Source: a virus
Lineage: Duplodnaviria; Caudoviricetes
Length of the DNA stretch: 64,000 nucleotides
Strand: one strand, 5' to 3'
IMG/VR virus record: IMGVR_UViG_3300037249_000989
Coordinates: 1,016-65,015 of that record
Both the position numbers and the translations under genes were made by a program. A model generated the notes under the pieces. It saw only the letters and a list, made by a program, of their open reading frames with translations, made no database searches and had not been told where the DNA came from. Positions 32,622 through 45,402 of this stretch are shown piece after piece. Every line of letters begins with the position of its first letter. Position 1 is the first letter of the stretch.

Positions 32622-33140
32622 ATGATGAATAGCAAACTTTTAAAACTCGCTCGTATGGTTATGAACTTAGCTGAAGTTGAAACTGACAAAGCTAAGCTTA
32701 TCATTGAAGGCGAAGCAGAAGTTGGTAAAGAGGTTTTTGTTGAAGACGAAAATGGTGAACTCGTTGCTCCAGAAGATGGTGAATACATTGCTTCTGAAAA
32801 CATTTTAGTAATTGCTGATGGCAAAATTGCTGAAGTACGTGAAAAAGAAGCAGAGGAAGCTCCAGCAGAGGAACAACCTGAAGAACCAGTTGAAGAAGAA
32901 CAAGAGGAACAAGAACCCGAACAACCAACCGAAGAAGCTCCAGCTGAAGATGAAAAAGATGCTGAAATTGCTAAGCTTCAAGCACAAATTGAAGAACTTA
33001 ACAATATTATAGCTGAAAAAGACGAAGAAATCGGCAGACTTAAAGCTGAATTAGAAAAATCTGATGCAGAACCTGCTGAGGAACAATTAAAATCACAAAA
33101 AACTGAAACAAAGTCTTGGGTTTATAAGCCAAGATTCTAA
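32622..33140 (+). CDS. Capsid scaffolding protein
   Basis: Acidic, coiled-coil protein between protease and capsid. Confidence 0.65.
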   Translation: MMNSKLLKLARMVMNLAEVETDKAKLIIEGEAEVGKEVFVEDENGELVAPEDGEYIASENILVIADGKIAEVREKEAEEAPAEEQPEEPVEEEQEEQEPEQPTEEAPAEDEKDAEIAKLQAQIEELNNIIAEKDEEIGRLKAELEKSDAEPAEEQLKSQKTETKSWVYKPRF

Positions 33141-33170
33141 AAAACATAAAAATTAAACATTATAAAAATT

Positions 33171-34052
33171 ATGGCATTTGTAGTAAATACCCTTCCTGAG
33201 TATGTAGATCAAAACAAGGGAGAATTAATCTCAAAAGTAATGCTTGGCTTTGAAACTAAGAAATATATCAACGATATGCCGGGCGTAAAATACAAAAAAG
33301 CATTGAACATTCTTGCTACTGACCCAGTGCTTCAAGCACGTACTTGTGGTTGGGATGCATCCGGAAACGTATCTTTCACACAACGTGAAATGGAAGTTGC
33401 AGCTTACAAAGTAAATATGGAAATGTGTGAAGAAGAATTAAGAGAAACTTGGTTAGCTGACCAAATCCGTGTTAAAGCTGGTGCTGAAGTTCTTCCTTTC
33501 GAGGAAAAAATCACTAATCACATCGTTGAGAAAGTTCAAAACGAAATTGAAAAACTCGTTTGGAACGGTTCAACCGGAGACGGTGACTTATTTGATGGAT
33601 TCTTAACAATCTTAGATGCAGAAGCTTCTGTAATTGACGTATCTGCTGGTGCTTCAGATTATGAAACTGCATTAAATGTTTACAAAGCAATTCCTGCTGA
33701 AATTTTAAACTATGCAGAAATGTTCTGTGGTAATGATGTATTCCGTTCAATCGTTCTTGAAATCACAGCTAAGAATCTTTATCATTATGACCCACGTGTT
33801 GATGATGCAAAAACTATCATACTTCCTGGAACCAATACTAAGTTACACGCTGTTAGTGGTCTTGATAATACAAAACGTATTGTTGGTGCTGACCCTGCAA
33901 ACTTATTCTATGGTTATGATGGTGCTGATGACGCTGAATCATTCGATTTATGGTATTCAAAAGACAACCAAGAATTCCGCTTAGCTATTAAGTTTAATGC
34001 TGGTACTTAGGTTGCATTCCCTGACCAAATCGTTGTTTCTGAAGCTGAGTGA
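33171..34052 (+). CDS. Major capsid protein (293 aa, single TAG near the C-terminus)
   Basis: TAG 34008-34010 aligns with CAA in the first copy. Confidence 0.8.
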
Positions 34053-34137
34053 TACTAATTTTAGCAACAAAATGAGGGTTGGTAATACGGCCAACCCTCA
34101 CAATTAAAACTTACAAAAATTAAAAAGAATTTATATT

Positions 34138-34665
34138 ATGGCAAGTTGTACTTCATATACTTTATCTGGATTAAATGCTGGATGTAAAGATTCTGTAGGT
34201 GGTGTTGCTAAAGTTTGGTTAGCTGATTTTTCAGAAGTAAGTTGGACTATTGATTCAACATCTCATCTTGCAACTCCTGATGCAACTACAGCATTTAAGG
34301 TTTATAATTTAAGAAAAGGTGCTGCTTCAATGACTTCTACTTTAACAGTAAACGATAATGCAGGTTCTTATTTCACAACTGAAGTTGCAATGAACTTCTT
34401 AAAAATGGAAAATGCAAAACGTCTTGAAGTTATGGCAATGCTTATGGGTCAATGCACAGGTGTAGTTAAAGACCGTAATGGTAAATATTGGGCAATTGGT
34501 GTAGAAAATCCTCTTGAAGGTTCTGCTGGAACTGGTGAGACTGGAACTGCTGCATCAGATGCAAACCAATATACAGTGACAATTTCTGTTGATGATGCTG
34601 AATTACCACGTGAAATCACAGATGCAACTACTATCGCAGCATTAGAAGCTATTACAATAGTTTAA
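34138..34665 (+). CDS. Major tail tube protein (copy 2)
   Basis: Orthologue of 489-1016. Confidence 0.7.
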   Translation: MASCTSYTLSGLNAGCKDSVGGVAKVWLADFSEVSWTIDSTSHLATPDATTAFKVYNLRKGAASMTSTLTVNDNAGSYFTTEVAMNFLKMENAKRLEVMAMLMGQCTGVVKDRNGKYWAIGVENPLEGSAGTGETGTAASDANQYTVTISVDDAELPREITDATTIAALEAITIV

Positions 34666-34777
34666 TATTTAATAGCATGTAAATTAAAGACTGGGAATTT
34701 TTCTCAGTCTTTTTTTATGCGAATAAATAACTTGATGGAAATATATTTTTCATTTGAACAAAAATAGTCAAAATATT

Positions 34778-35893
34778 ATGAAAAAAGACGAAAAAAATCA
34801 AAAAACGACACAATTTTTATCATTTTCTATGGAAAATGTGGAAATTCCTCAGTTGACAGAACGTTCTTATTCAGGTAAAGATTGGTTCTATTGGGGCAAA
34901 GATAACAAACTTCCATATTATCTTTATAGTTTGTATGAAAAATCTTCTTTGATGCAGTCTATTATAAATACCACAATAAACTTTGTGGTTGGTAATAGTA
35001 TTGAATCTAAATATAAACCAAATGAAGATGAAACTTGGGAAGATTTAATCAAAAATCTTGGACTTGATTATATGCTTTATGGCGGTTTTGCAATTCAAGT
35101 AATGTATAATAAAATGGGTCAAATACACTCATTAAATTGGCTTGATATGAGGAAATGCCGTACAGATGAAGAACATACTAAAGTTTATTATTCAAAAGAG
35201 TTCGCAACCAAATCAAGTCCTAAATATTTAACATTTAAAGTTTGGAAACGTGGTGAACAATATAGAAACGAATCTGCCGTATTTTTCTACACTGGTGGAA
35301 AACGTACAGTTTATCCATTACCTCGTTATTCTGGTTCTATTGCAGCAATCGAAACTTCAATTAGAATAGACAACTTCCATTTAAATGCAATTAAAAACAA
35401 TTTTAGTAATAATACTATTGTTTCTTGGCATCAAGGTGTGCCTGACGAAGATACTAAGAAACGATTAGAAAAACAATTTACTGAAAAATTTTCTGGTGAT
35501 GAGAATGCAGGTAGAGTAATATTTACATTTGATGATGGAAAAGAAAATGGTGTTGAAATAACAAATCTTGCAGATGATTAGTTTGATAAGAAATATGAAG
35601 CATTGAAATCACAAACTATTACTTCTATTTTCACAGGCTTTTCTGCACCGTCACAATTATTTGGTTATGCAATCACTGGAAATGTATTTAGCAAACAAGA
35701 ATACCAAGAAACATTTGACCTCTATTCAAGACTTCAAATTACACCGATATAGAATTTATTTAAACGTGTATTTGAGTGCATCTACGGTCTCGAAAATGTA
35801 ATAGAATTTATTCCATTTGAACTAAGTACCGAAGATAATGATGAGAATGTTGACGAAACTACAAAAAATAATCCTAATGACAACAATGAATAA
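34778..35893 (+). CDS. Portal protein (copy 2, TAG=Gln)
   Basis: Orthologue of 1132-2247. Confidence 0.75.
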
Positions 35894-36386
35894 TATATTA
35901 CTTATAAGTGAAAAGACAATTAAAGAAAACTCTCTTGTGTCAAACAATGTCGATGGAAAATATATACAAAATGCCATTAGGACTGCACAAGATATTTCAT
36001 TACAACCAATAATTGGACAAAAGTTATTTGAGAGACTTTGTGAAGGTGTATCAGAACAGAATTTAACTGAACTTGAAACTGAACTTATTTCAACTTACAT
36101 TCAACCAGTTTTATTAAATGCAGTAATGAGTGATTTAGTGCTTCAATTATCATATAAATTTAGAAACTTAGGCACTGTCCAAACCACAGACACTAATATA
36201 ATGATTCCAAGTCTCTCTGACTTAGAATATATTAGAAACGATTACTCATTAAAATGCACATTTTACCAAAATCGTTTAAGTGATTTTCTTGAAGCTAATT
36301 GTACTAAGTTTAAACAGTACCCAGGTTGCGAATGTGGAAAACTCAAAGCTAATAGAAACTCATTCAAAAACCCATTTGTGCTTTAA
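35886..36386 (+). CDS. Head-tail adaptor-like protein (copy 2)
   Basis: TAG-free orthologue of 2240-2740. Confidence 0.6.
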   Translation: MNNILLISEKTIKENSLVSNNVDGKYIQNAIRTAQDISLQPIIGQKLFERLCEGVSEQNLTELETELISTYIQPVLLNAVMSDLVLQLSYKFRNLGTVQTTDTNIMIPSLSDLEYIRNDYSLKCTFYQNRLSDFLEANCTKFKQYPGCECGKLKANRNSFKNPFVL

Positions 36387-36405
36387 AAATAATTATATTT
36401 GAACT

Positions 36406-38493
36406 ATGAATTTTATACAAATAATGAAAAGATTGGAAGCATACTCAATATCACTTCCTTATGTTAACGAAGTGAACTTAGGGGATGTTTATGAATATTT
36501 AAATGGAAAACCTAATGTGAAATATGCTTCAGTTAACATAGATATAAATAATTCTGTCAGAAATGATAATTTGATTAGTTACTCTGTCTATTTGTATTAT
36601 GTTGACAGATTGGCTGAAGACAAATCAAACTGGATGGAAGTAAAAACCACAGCAGAATAGACTTTAAATAGTATTATAAATTATGCAGCAAAAATAGGAG
36701 ACGTGAATGATGGGTGGACGATAAACTATTTTGAGCAACAATTTGCAGACTATTGTGCTGGTGGTTATGTTCAGTTTAATTTAGAAGTTCCAAATGTGAT
36801 GGGTGACTGTTTAATTGACGAATATGAAGAAGGAGAAATTGTTTATCCAGATTATCCTGAACATAAAATTATTGATGATGATGTTATTGTAAAAGATAAA
36901 ACTTGGTCTTCATTTAAAATAAACGAAGTTATTGTTGATCTAAGCACAAATCTTTATAATAATATAAATAATGTTAATGAGAGAGTAACTGAATTAGAAA
37001 CAACCGTAAATAATTTAGATACTAGTGTTTCTGATTTGAACACAAGAATTGAAACAATAGAAGGAGAATTAAGTGATTTAGATGAGTTTACATGTGGAAC
37101 TATTGAACCTACTACTACAAACTTCGTTGAAGGCACATCTTATACAATTCACGAAGCATTGCAGAGAACTGCTAACTTATTTGAAGGCTATCAAGGTGAA
37201 ATTGATGATATAAATAGTTTAATTCCAAATCAAGCAACTGAACAAAACCAATTAGCAGACAAAGCATTTGTTAATTCAACTGTTAATACCAATGCTGCTA
37301 ACTTCCGCGGTAACTGGGCTAATTGGGAGAGTGTTCCAATAAACGTTAATCAATACCCTGAAGATTTCGCAGGTAATAGGACACCAACTAATAATGACTA
37401 TATGGTTGTTCAAGATGCTAGTGATTATGCGAACCCAGAAGAACTATCATACGAATTGACAGTTGTCAATTTGTATCCAACTAAAGGAATCACAATAGGT
37501 GTTACTGATAGTTTTGGTACATATAATGAGTATTTCTATAATGACGGTTTTCTAAACACTTGGAAAAGCATATCACCAGAATACTCTCTTAAATATAAAG
37601 CAAATTCACCTGGTTTATGGTATATTAAAACCAACAAGCCTGAAGATACTCATATTATTGTAAATAAAGATGTGTATGAAAATGCAAATAATGGTGTGTT
37701 CATAATAAACACTAATTACACCACACCAGTTATTGTTGGTTTACCTGCTTCAGCAGGACAATATCAAGGTTCTTGGCGTTTTGTTTATGTAGGTGAATGG
37801 GCAACAAGGGGTAGATTAGGTTGGAAAATACAATATAAAATTGGTTCTTCATTTACAGCAGCACAACAAGCAGCAATAGATTCAACTATAACGGTAGAAA
37901 AAGTTGCTACTTATGATGGCTATGGAACAGATATAACAGCACTTCAAACAGATAAGTTAGATAAGAATTATACTGCTAACAAGATATATGGTACTGATTC
38001 ATTAGGTGCGCAAACGGTTTATACTTTAGGTGATGGACTTGGATTTAATAATGGACAAATTGTAAACACAAGAACAAGTGCGGCTTGGGGAAATATCACA
38101 GGTACTTTAAGTAATCAAACTGATTTACAAAATGCGCTTGATTCAAAACAAGATGTGTTAACTGCTGGCGCAAATATTATTATTTCTAACAATGAAATAA
38201 GCGCGGTAAGTCAACAAATAAATATACCTAATAATATCCTTAGCCAAGAATTAAATGCTAACATATTGTATGTATTTGAAAACAGAACAAACAATTTGAC
38301 TATTACTTTAAAGGCTGCTGTTGCAGGTGCAATTAACGAATATCACATGTTTATTTATTCAGGCAACACTGCACCTACCGTCACCTGGCCGTCTGGATTG
38401 AAATGGTACAATGATGTTGTGCCAATAATTATACCAGATAAAATATATGAAGTGTCAATCTTGAATAATACAGTAATATTTATTGAAATTTAA
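36406..38493 (+). CDS. Tail terminator-like domain fused to long fibre extension (695 aa, TAG=Gln)
   Basis: First ~140 aa match 2760 gene, then coiled coil and fibre-like domains. Confidence 0.7.
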
Positions 38494-38504
38494 TTTGATT
38501 ATAT

Positions 38505-39644
38505 ATGAGTGAACAATACATAAATATGATATTGAAAAGACGCAGATTGTTGATGGAAAATTTTGAATACCCTGAAGCAAGGACTATTTTCTATCAAACA
38601 ACCAATGATGCAATCATAACGAAAAATCCAGTTGGTAACTTTAATGTATTATTGAAAGATGAAAAATTTAAAGATTATTTTATTAAATTTTATCGAAATA
38701 ATGTAACACGACTATCAGGACGTTCTTTTCAAGGAGAAACTAGATTATCTTATGTTAAATTACCGTCAACATTAACTGCTATTACATATCTTGATTTTTA
38801 TGGTTGCAGTAATCTTAAAACAGTTGTTTTATCTCCAAATATGACTAACATTGGTACTTGGGTGTTTCAAAACTGTGGAAACTTAGAGATGGCTGAATTA
38901 CCATCAAACCTGACAAACATTGGTGAGAATGCTTTCTATAATTGCGGAAAAGTAACATTTAATGAATTACCTACATCCTTGCAAACTATTGGTGCAGGTG
39001 CTTTCTATAATTGTACGTCTGCATTCAGTAATGGTGAAGTGTTTATACCTGCGTCAGTTACAACAATCGGTAATAATCCCTGGTCTGGAATTACACATAT
39101 AGAAAATATCAATGTTGATTCAAATAATCCATCATTCTATTCAATTAACGGGGTTTTATTTGGAACAACAAGACTGATGTATTGCCCGCCTTTAAATGCA
39201 ACCAGCAATTTAATTATACCTAGTGGTGTTACATCAATTGATGGTGAGGCTTGCAGACAGTGCAATAATTTGACTTCCGTGACAATCCCTGATAGTGTTA
39301 CTAGCATTGGAAATCAGGCTTTCGGCACTTGTTCATCATTAAGAAGTTTAGTATTGCCCCAATCATTGGTTACGATAGGTGAAGACTGTTTTAGAGGTAA
39401 TGGTTCACTACATATTAGTGAAATACCTGAAAATGTTGAAACAATTGGACGTTACTCATTTATAGGTATGCCAAGCCAAACCACTAAAATTTTACGAACA
39501 ACCAGTAAAATTGAGATTACAGGCAATGGATACGCTGGTTTTAGTGGTACTCTTTTAGTTCCAAATAATTTATTGGCAGAATATGAAGCCGATACTAAAT
39601 GGAGACAAGGTGTAGTAGTAAATTTTGTTGGTTATGAACCTTAA
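38505..39644 (+). CDS. BspA-type leucine-rich-repeat protein (379 aa)
   Basis: Repeats of LP..LT.IG..AF..C..L. Confidence 0.8.
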   Translation: MSEQYINMILKRRRLLMENFEYPEARTIFYQTTNDAIITKNPVGNFNVLLKDEKFKDYFIKFYRNNVTRLSGRSFQGETRLSYVKLPSTLTAITYLDFYGCSNLKTVVLSPNMTNIGTWVFQNCGNLEMAELPSNLTNIGENAFYNCGKVTFNELPTSLQTIGAGAFYNCTSAFSNGEVFIPASVTTIGNNPWSGITHIENINVDSNNPSFYSINGVLFGTTRLMYCPPLNATSNLIIPSGVTSIDGEACRQCNNLTSVTIPDSVTSIGNQAFGTCSSLRSLVLPQSLVTIGEDCFRGNGSLHISEIPENVETIGRYSFIGMPSQTTKILRTTSKIEITGNGYAGFSGTLLVPNNLLAEYEADTKWRQGVVVNFVGYEP

Positions 39645-39734
39645 AAGAAAAAATAATAGGAATCAAGAAATTCCTGCATACCTATGAGAAATATACACAA
39701 TAATAAGTTAAACAAATACAAACTTTAATAAATT

Positions 39735-39998
39735 ATGAACAGTGATTATGATGTAAGATTAGCAACATTAGAAGCAATGGGTGGAGACACTACAAAAAAT
39801 TATGCTTCTGTGTATGATATAGACTTGGAAATACTACGACTTACTGAACAAGGTGGTGGTGGAAATATCACAATAGATAATGATTCTATCGTTTTAGATG
39901 AAAACAATCACATTGCAGTTTCTTCTGAATTGATAAACTATATTATATCTCTTGAAACACGTATTTATGCATTAGAGCACCCAACTACTATAGAATAA
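39735..39998 (+). CDS. Minimal fibre-related protein (87 aa)
   Basis: N-terminal SVY.I.LEI motif like 3357 gene; C-terminal LE.RI.ALEHPTT like 6709 gene. Confidence 0.6.
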   Translation: MNSDYDVRLATLEAMGGDTTKNYASVYDIDLEILRLTEQGGGGNITIDNDSIVLDENNHIAVSSELINYIISLETRIYALEHPTTIE

Positions 39999-40118
39999 TT
40001 CAAATAATGCATGCATATACAAAATAATGGGAGTCCAAAAGATTCCCATTATTTATTTTTCATTTGAACAAAAATGACTAATTGAAAAACTCCACTAAAA
40101 CTAATTATTAAATAACAA

Positions 40119-40364
40119 ATGAAAATGAATACTGAAACCAAAGATTGGATTAAATTTATATCATCGATAGTGTTACTTGTTGCTGGAGTTGTCCTAATTT
40201 TTATTTCTATTTATCTTCCACCATTAGGTGAAATACACACTTCTGTGCTTACCGTTATTGGTGAAATATTTACATTTGTTGGAGCTGTCTTTGGAATAGG
40301 TGAATATGCTGCAATCCAGATAGCGAAAATAAATAATAAAACAGAAGATAAAAAAGAAGATTAA
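40119..40364 (+). CDS. Holin (copy 2)
   Basis: Orthologue of 7664-7909. Confidence 0.65.
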   Translation: MKMNTETKDWIKFISSIVLLVAGVVLIFISIYLPPLGEIHTSVLTVIGEIFTFVGAVFGIGEYAAIQIAKINNKTEDKKED

Positions 40365-40368
40365 AACT

Positions 40369-41100
40369 ATGGCTTACCCTTGTGACTTACCTGCTAATAT
40401 GGGTAATACTGACATATTTAGAGCAATTTATGCAAAACTTTCAGACATAAATCCAAGCACTGAAACAATAGAATAGAAACTTGACGTTATTCAAGATTAG
40501 CTTACAGTTGTCAATAATAATATTGAAGCAAATACATAGGCAATCAAAGATATTTCAATAAATGTTGATATTCATTCTAAAGACATACAGAGCATTACTA
40601 AAGCAATCAATAAACAAACTAAAGCGATTGAAAACATTTAGATCCATATTGATACTAGTGATTTGAATGATTCTGTACAATTGGTTGCTGCAAAAGTGGA
40701 AGATGGATTTGTAAAAACCGTTGAAGCAATTAAATCAATTCAACCCGGTCCAACACCTCCAGTTCTACCAAGACCAGTGCCACCTTGCCCACCACATCCA
40801 CATCCTTGCCCAGAGTCTGAACCAATATTTTATCCGGTTACTATTGGTTTGCCAGCACAAAAATGTTTCAAGAATCTAGTATATAACAAACTAAAACCTC
40901 ATTATAAAAGGTGTGAATATAAACCAAAAGAACCAAAAGAACCAAAATATAAATGTAAAACTTTTGTTCCTTTAGAAGCAAGACCTAATAGCCCTGAAAA
41001 TTTTGACCCTTTACATACTCCTCATAATCCGTATTGTCCACCTTTTGGCTCTAAAAAACGTGAATATAATCCAAAAATTAGATATCCTAAAGATTTTTAA
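40369..41100 (+). CDS. Coiled-coil plus Pro/Cys/Lys-rich protein (243 aa, TAG=Gln)
   Basis: N-half orthologous to 7914-8633; C-half unrelated. Confidence 0.7.
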
Positions 41101-41263
41101 AAAGCTCATCCTGGGACACCGTTTTGGGTTAATATAATAAATTATATTAAATGATTATTTCGCATCACCAGATGTCACAGAAATAAGCCAGAAATGAGTT
41201 TTTTATTTGGAAGTATCATTTAATTTTTGTATATTTGCACCACATTTCAAAATTTATACAAAA

Positions 41264-41389
41264 ATGGCAAAGAATGACAAACCCACAGTGGACTCAATGG
41301 TAGAGCTTTTGAAGCCCGGTTTTGATGCTTTAATGAAGCAAGGAAAAATCACACAAAAAGAATTGAAAACTAATCGTAAAAAGAAATGA
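41264..41389 (+). CDS. 41-aa peptide upstream of endolysin (copy 2)
   Basis: Orthologue of 8802-8927. Confidence 0.6.
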   Translation: MAKNDKPTVDSMVELLKPGFDALMKQGKITQKELKTNRKKK

Positions 41390-41790
41390 AATATTTCAAA
41401 TTTATAGAAATGATACGTTCATCTAAAGCAGATGAATTTGGAATAGACAACTTCCCTAAGTAGTGTGATATTATAGACAATATCATATTTACTATGGAGT
41501 GTCTGGATGACATACGTGAATAGTATGGTCTGCCTTTATATATTTCGTCCGGGTACAGGTGTGATGAGTTAAACAGAAAAGTTGGCGGAAAAGAAAAATC
41601 ACAGCATAAAAAAGGACAGGCAGCTGACATAAATTTAGGCAGTGTTGAAATGAACCGAGCTTTCTTCAACTGGTGTTGTGTCAATATTAAAAACCTGCCT
41701 ATCGATTAGCTAATAGATGAATCACATTATTCTTGGGTTCATCTTAGTTTCACAAAAGAAAATCAAAGACACCAAGTTTTACACCTATGA
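41386..41790 (+). CDS. Endolysin, peptidase M15 (copy 2, TAG=Gln)
   Basis: Same motifs and TAG positions as 8924-9328. Confidence 0.9.
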
Positions 41791-42296
41791 AAGCATTAAA
41801 TTGGATCATAGGAGTATTGCTTCTGGTGTCACTAATTTTCAATGGATTATAGTTTTATTATATAAGACATTTGGATGCACCAGAGTGTGTCTATTTGACT
41901 GATACAGTCACTATTAAGCAAGATAGTATCATAACAAAAACAAAATGGAAAACTAAGTTTGATACTATAATAGATGTTCAGTATAAAGACACAATTTTAC
42001 ACGACACTATATATATGCCGATTGAACATAAAGTGTCAGAATTTGAGCTAAAGAAAGACAGTTTTGAATTAAAACAGAAAATACATCACAGTGGGTGGCA
42101 TACTAATATTGATAGTGTAGAGTGTAGTTATACTCTTAATTATGAGATAATGAAACCGAAACCTAAAAAAATAGGCCTTATATGGAATATAGGCCTATAT
42201 GCAGGTTATGGAATAAACTTTAATAATGGACAATATTATTTCAGTCCAGAAGTCGGTGTAGGCGCATCAATCGGGTTGGGAGGTTTTATAAAGTAA
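41787..42296 (+). CDS. Spanin-like protein (copy 2, TAG=Gln)
   Basis: Orthologue of 9325-9840 with a different C-terminus. Confidence 0.5.
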
Positions 42297-42518
42297 TCTG
42301 CCAGTTTCATCATAATAATATGTTTCATTATTTACTTTTACGCTATATACAATTTTCCCATTTATAAAGTTTTTTATAAAATTATGTTGCACTTTAACAG
42401 TATCAGATTTAATCTCTGCTATTTGTTCTTGTTCAGTATCATCATAACTTATATAATTTATAGTTACACACGAACTTAAACTAATTGTCATTAAAAATGT
42501 AAATAAAATCTTTTTCAT
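42267..42518 (-). CDS. Lipoprotein moron (TAG-free)
   Basis: Signal peptide MKKILFTFLMTISLSS-C with lipobox. Confidence 0.65.
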   Translation of the reverse strand: MKKILFTFLMTISLSSCVTINYISYDDTEQEQIAEIKSDTVKVQHNFIKNFINGKIVYSVKVNNETYYYDETGRLLYKTSQPD

Positions 42519-42622
42519 AATCTTAAATGTTTTAATGTTTAACTTTGTATATTTATAGACATGCTTTCTATTTTGTTTCAGAAAAATGCAAAAAATTTTA
42601 ATAAATAAAACAAAAAGCTATT

Positions 42623-42937
42623 ATGGAAACCAAACTTTATTACACTAAAGATGAGGTACTTAATAAAACTCACTTTAAATTTGTCGATAACGGAAAAGAC
42701 ATTTATTTGTACTAGAATGATGGAAACTTTGAAATATATAAATCATTGTTTCTATTAAAACCAAATGCAACTGAGCTTATAGAAGTATATGTAGAATTGA
42801 AAGTTTACATGGTAGTGGTTGAGCATTTGAATAATAAATCAAGCAGATGGATGAATGAATTTAATGCATATGTTTTTTATAGTGTAAAAGATTATTTTGA
42901 AAAACTAGAAGAAGCTAATAAAAACAGATTGTTCTGA
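42623..42937 (+). CDS. Hypothetical protein (copy 2, TAG=Gln)
   Basis: Orthologue of 10298-10612. Confidence 0.7.
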
Positions 42938-42938
42938 T

Positions 42939-43307
42939 ATGAAGCAATATGAACTAATTGGAATGAATGTAGCAAGTAATAAGAACTCAAAACGAATAGT
43001 CAGAGGAAGACTGATTAACAGTAAACTTGCAATGGATTATTATAATTTCGTTATTCCGAAACTTGAAGAAATAAAGCCGGAACTAATGGAAGATTTGGCT
43101 AATAAAGAAATGCCTTACCGTTTTCACTTTTATTATATAAGGAAAGACAAAAGGCATTTTGATTATTGTAATGTGGTTTAGATCCTTGCAGATGCTTTTT
43201 AGAAAATCGGAATATTAGAAGATGATGATATGAATCATTTTGTTCCAGTCTTTGATGGATATGAAGTTAATGGAGATAATCCAGGTGTTAAGTTTTGGGT
43301 TAATTAA
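42939..43307 (+). CDS. RusA-like Holliday junction resolvase (122 aa, TAG=Gln)
   Basis: FDYCNVVQILADAFQKIGILEDDD matches the RusA D.DN...DAL...DD pattern. Confidence 0.7.
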
Positions 43308-43477
43308 AAGAGTTCAGTTGAGTTTGACTTAACTGGCTTTTTTAATATAACTATATTTGGTTTTTCTGGTTCAGGTTCAAACGGAATGTTTAACTATAAG
43401 TTAGGTAACAATGAATCTAGACCTGAAGTAGCTAGTTGCATAACAGGTGGATTAGGTTTTAGTTTAACAGGTAACAT
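43304..43477 (-). CDS. Small Pro-rich protein (57 aa, TAG=Gln)
   Basis: Orthologue of 13446-13595. Confidence 0.6.
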
Positions 43478-43886
43478 AGTTTAAATAGTTTATTTAAATA
43501 TTTATTGAAGAATAAAGAAGCGTAACATTATTACAAAAAATGGTACTTTTTGTATATCTGTTTTAATTATTTATATATTTAATATAAACTATTACTTTAT
43601 TATAGCTCCACAGATATACAGTTTGTACCATTTTTAGCAAATTGAATTTTTAACAAAACGAACTTAAATAAATAATAAAAGAAACCTATTTTAGAAGTTG
43701 CAAAAAACTTTTTAGAACCGAAATAAATAAAATATAAAGATGTTTTTATAAAGCTCTCACACCTTTAATGCATTATAAAAACGAAATAAATAAAAAGAAG
43801 ATTAGTTGGTTTTGTATTTGAAAGTAGAAGGTGTGAGCTACGAGTAAAATACAGAACCAATTTTATAAAAACAAACTCACACCGAT

Positions 43887-44690
43887 ATGAACTAGATTGA
43901 CAAATTTTTCGATTGCTACATCGATTTACAAACACAAACATTCAATCAAATCGTTTTAGAATGGGGTAAATCTTCAGTAACCTTAAAAAGATGGTTGAAT
44001 ACCTATCATCCAGAAATATTAAATAATAAAGATTACTCTAGAAAAGCTGGTCTTAATGCTGACATTTTCTTACCTTACCGTAATAATGGTTTATGGTCAG
44101 GTTCTGATGCTATATCCAGATTAAAACTTGCTGTTAAAGCCGAAGTTGTTATTATATTCAGTAATGCCGAATTAACCGAAATAGAACAATAGGTAATTTA
44201 TAAGACTGAATGTTTACGTTTATGGACCAGAATAAACTCATTAGTAACTCCATTTTCATTTGAACAATTTAAAAAATTATTAGATGATTGTTACACTGAA
44301 GTAATAAATAATTGGGATGATGAAGTTTGCATGTTGCAACAAAAGCAAGAGAGCTTCAAACCCAAAAGAAAACAAACCTTATATCATTATACAGTTAACG
44401 ATTTTGATAATATATATCCATTTATGACTTTACGTGAAGCATATGAAGATTGGATGGAATACAAATTCCCATATTTATTAAAACATTATAAAGATGAAAA
44501 ACTTAGAGCATTCAAAGTTGAAGCAATGCAAAATGAGTGGAGTGCTGAATTAAAAGAAACCAAGTTTAAAAACCTCAATGCAGACTTAGAGCTCATTAAA
44601 ATCAAAGAACCAAGTAAACTTGCATTCAGAAAATTGCTTGACCGTTATAACATTCAATATAAGCAAAAATAGCACAAATTAGCAAAGTGA
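43887..44690 (+). CDS. Conserved hypothetical protein (copy 2, TAG at codon 3)
   Basis: Orthologue of 14053-14844. Confidence 0.65.
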
Positions 44691-44753
44691 ATTTTTTCAA
44701 AACGAACTTAAATAAATAATAAAAGAAACAATAAAAATTAACAAATAATAATT

Positions 44754-45371
44754 ATGAAAAGATATATGACCTGGCACGAGTACGTAACCAAATACCCAAG
44801 ACCTAAAAGATATGATTGTGATACATATTCAAAAACTATCGCTCAATAGTATGCAGCTAAAATTTGCAATTGTACATGCACATATTTTTCCACTTCAGTT
44901 GAAAATAATAGTTGTGATTTTGATATGTACAATAATTTAACCGGAAGAAAATTTGTTTGTGAGCTCAAAGATAGATGGAGCTTCAAATCCACAGATTATA
45001 ATGACCACATATTTGAAAAGAAAAAATTAAACGGTTTGCTTCGTAAAATTAAAAATGGTGAAGGAGAGCGAATAGCATTATTTTCAATATATGATGATGG
45101 AGTTTTGAAAGTTACTGCTAATGTGCTTGATTAGTTAATTGGTTTTAAACAAACATATGCACCAAACACCACAGCTTTGGAAGATCATACTTATATAAAT
45201 AAAAATTTCGTTTTAGTGAAACCTCAAGCTCTACATTACATATATATATTAGATGATGATGAAGAAAAAGATAAAACAAAATTTTCTGTGCTTTTCTTTG
45301 ATAAACCTTAGGATGTTAAAAAGTTAAACGAATAGTTGGAACAAAGTGAAAAAGTGCAAGCATTATTCTGA
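44754..45371 (+). CDS. PD-(D/E)XK-like nuclease, different allele (205 aa, TAG=Gln)
   Basis: CDFD...VCELKDR motif; little similarity to 14921 gene at the same locus. Confidence 0.5.
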
Positions 45372-45402
45372 TAATAAATATAAAAAGAAACTGATACTGA
45401 TT

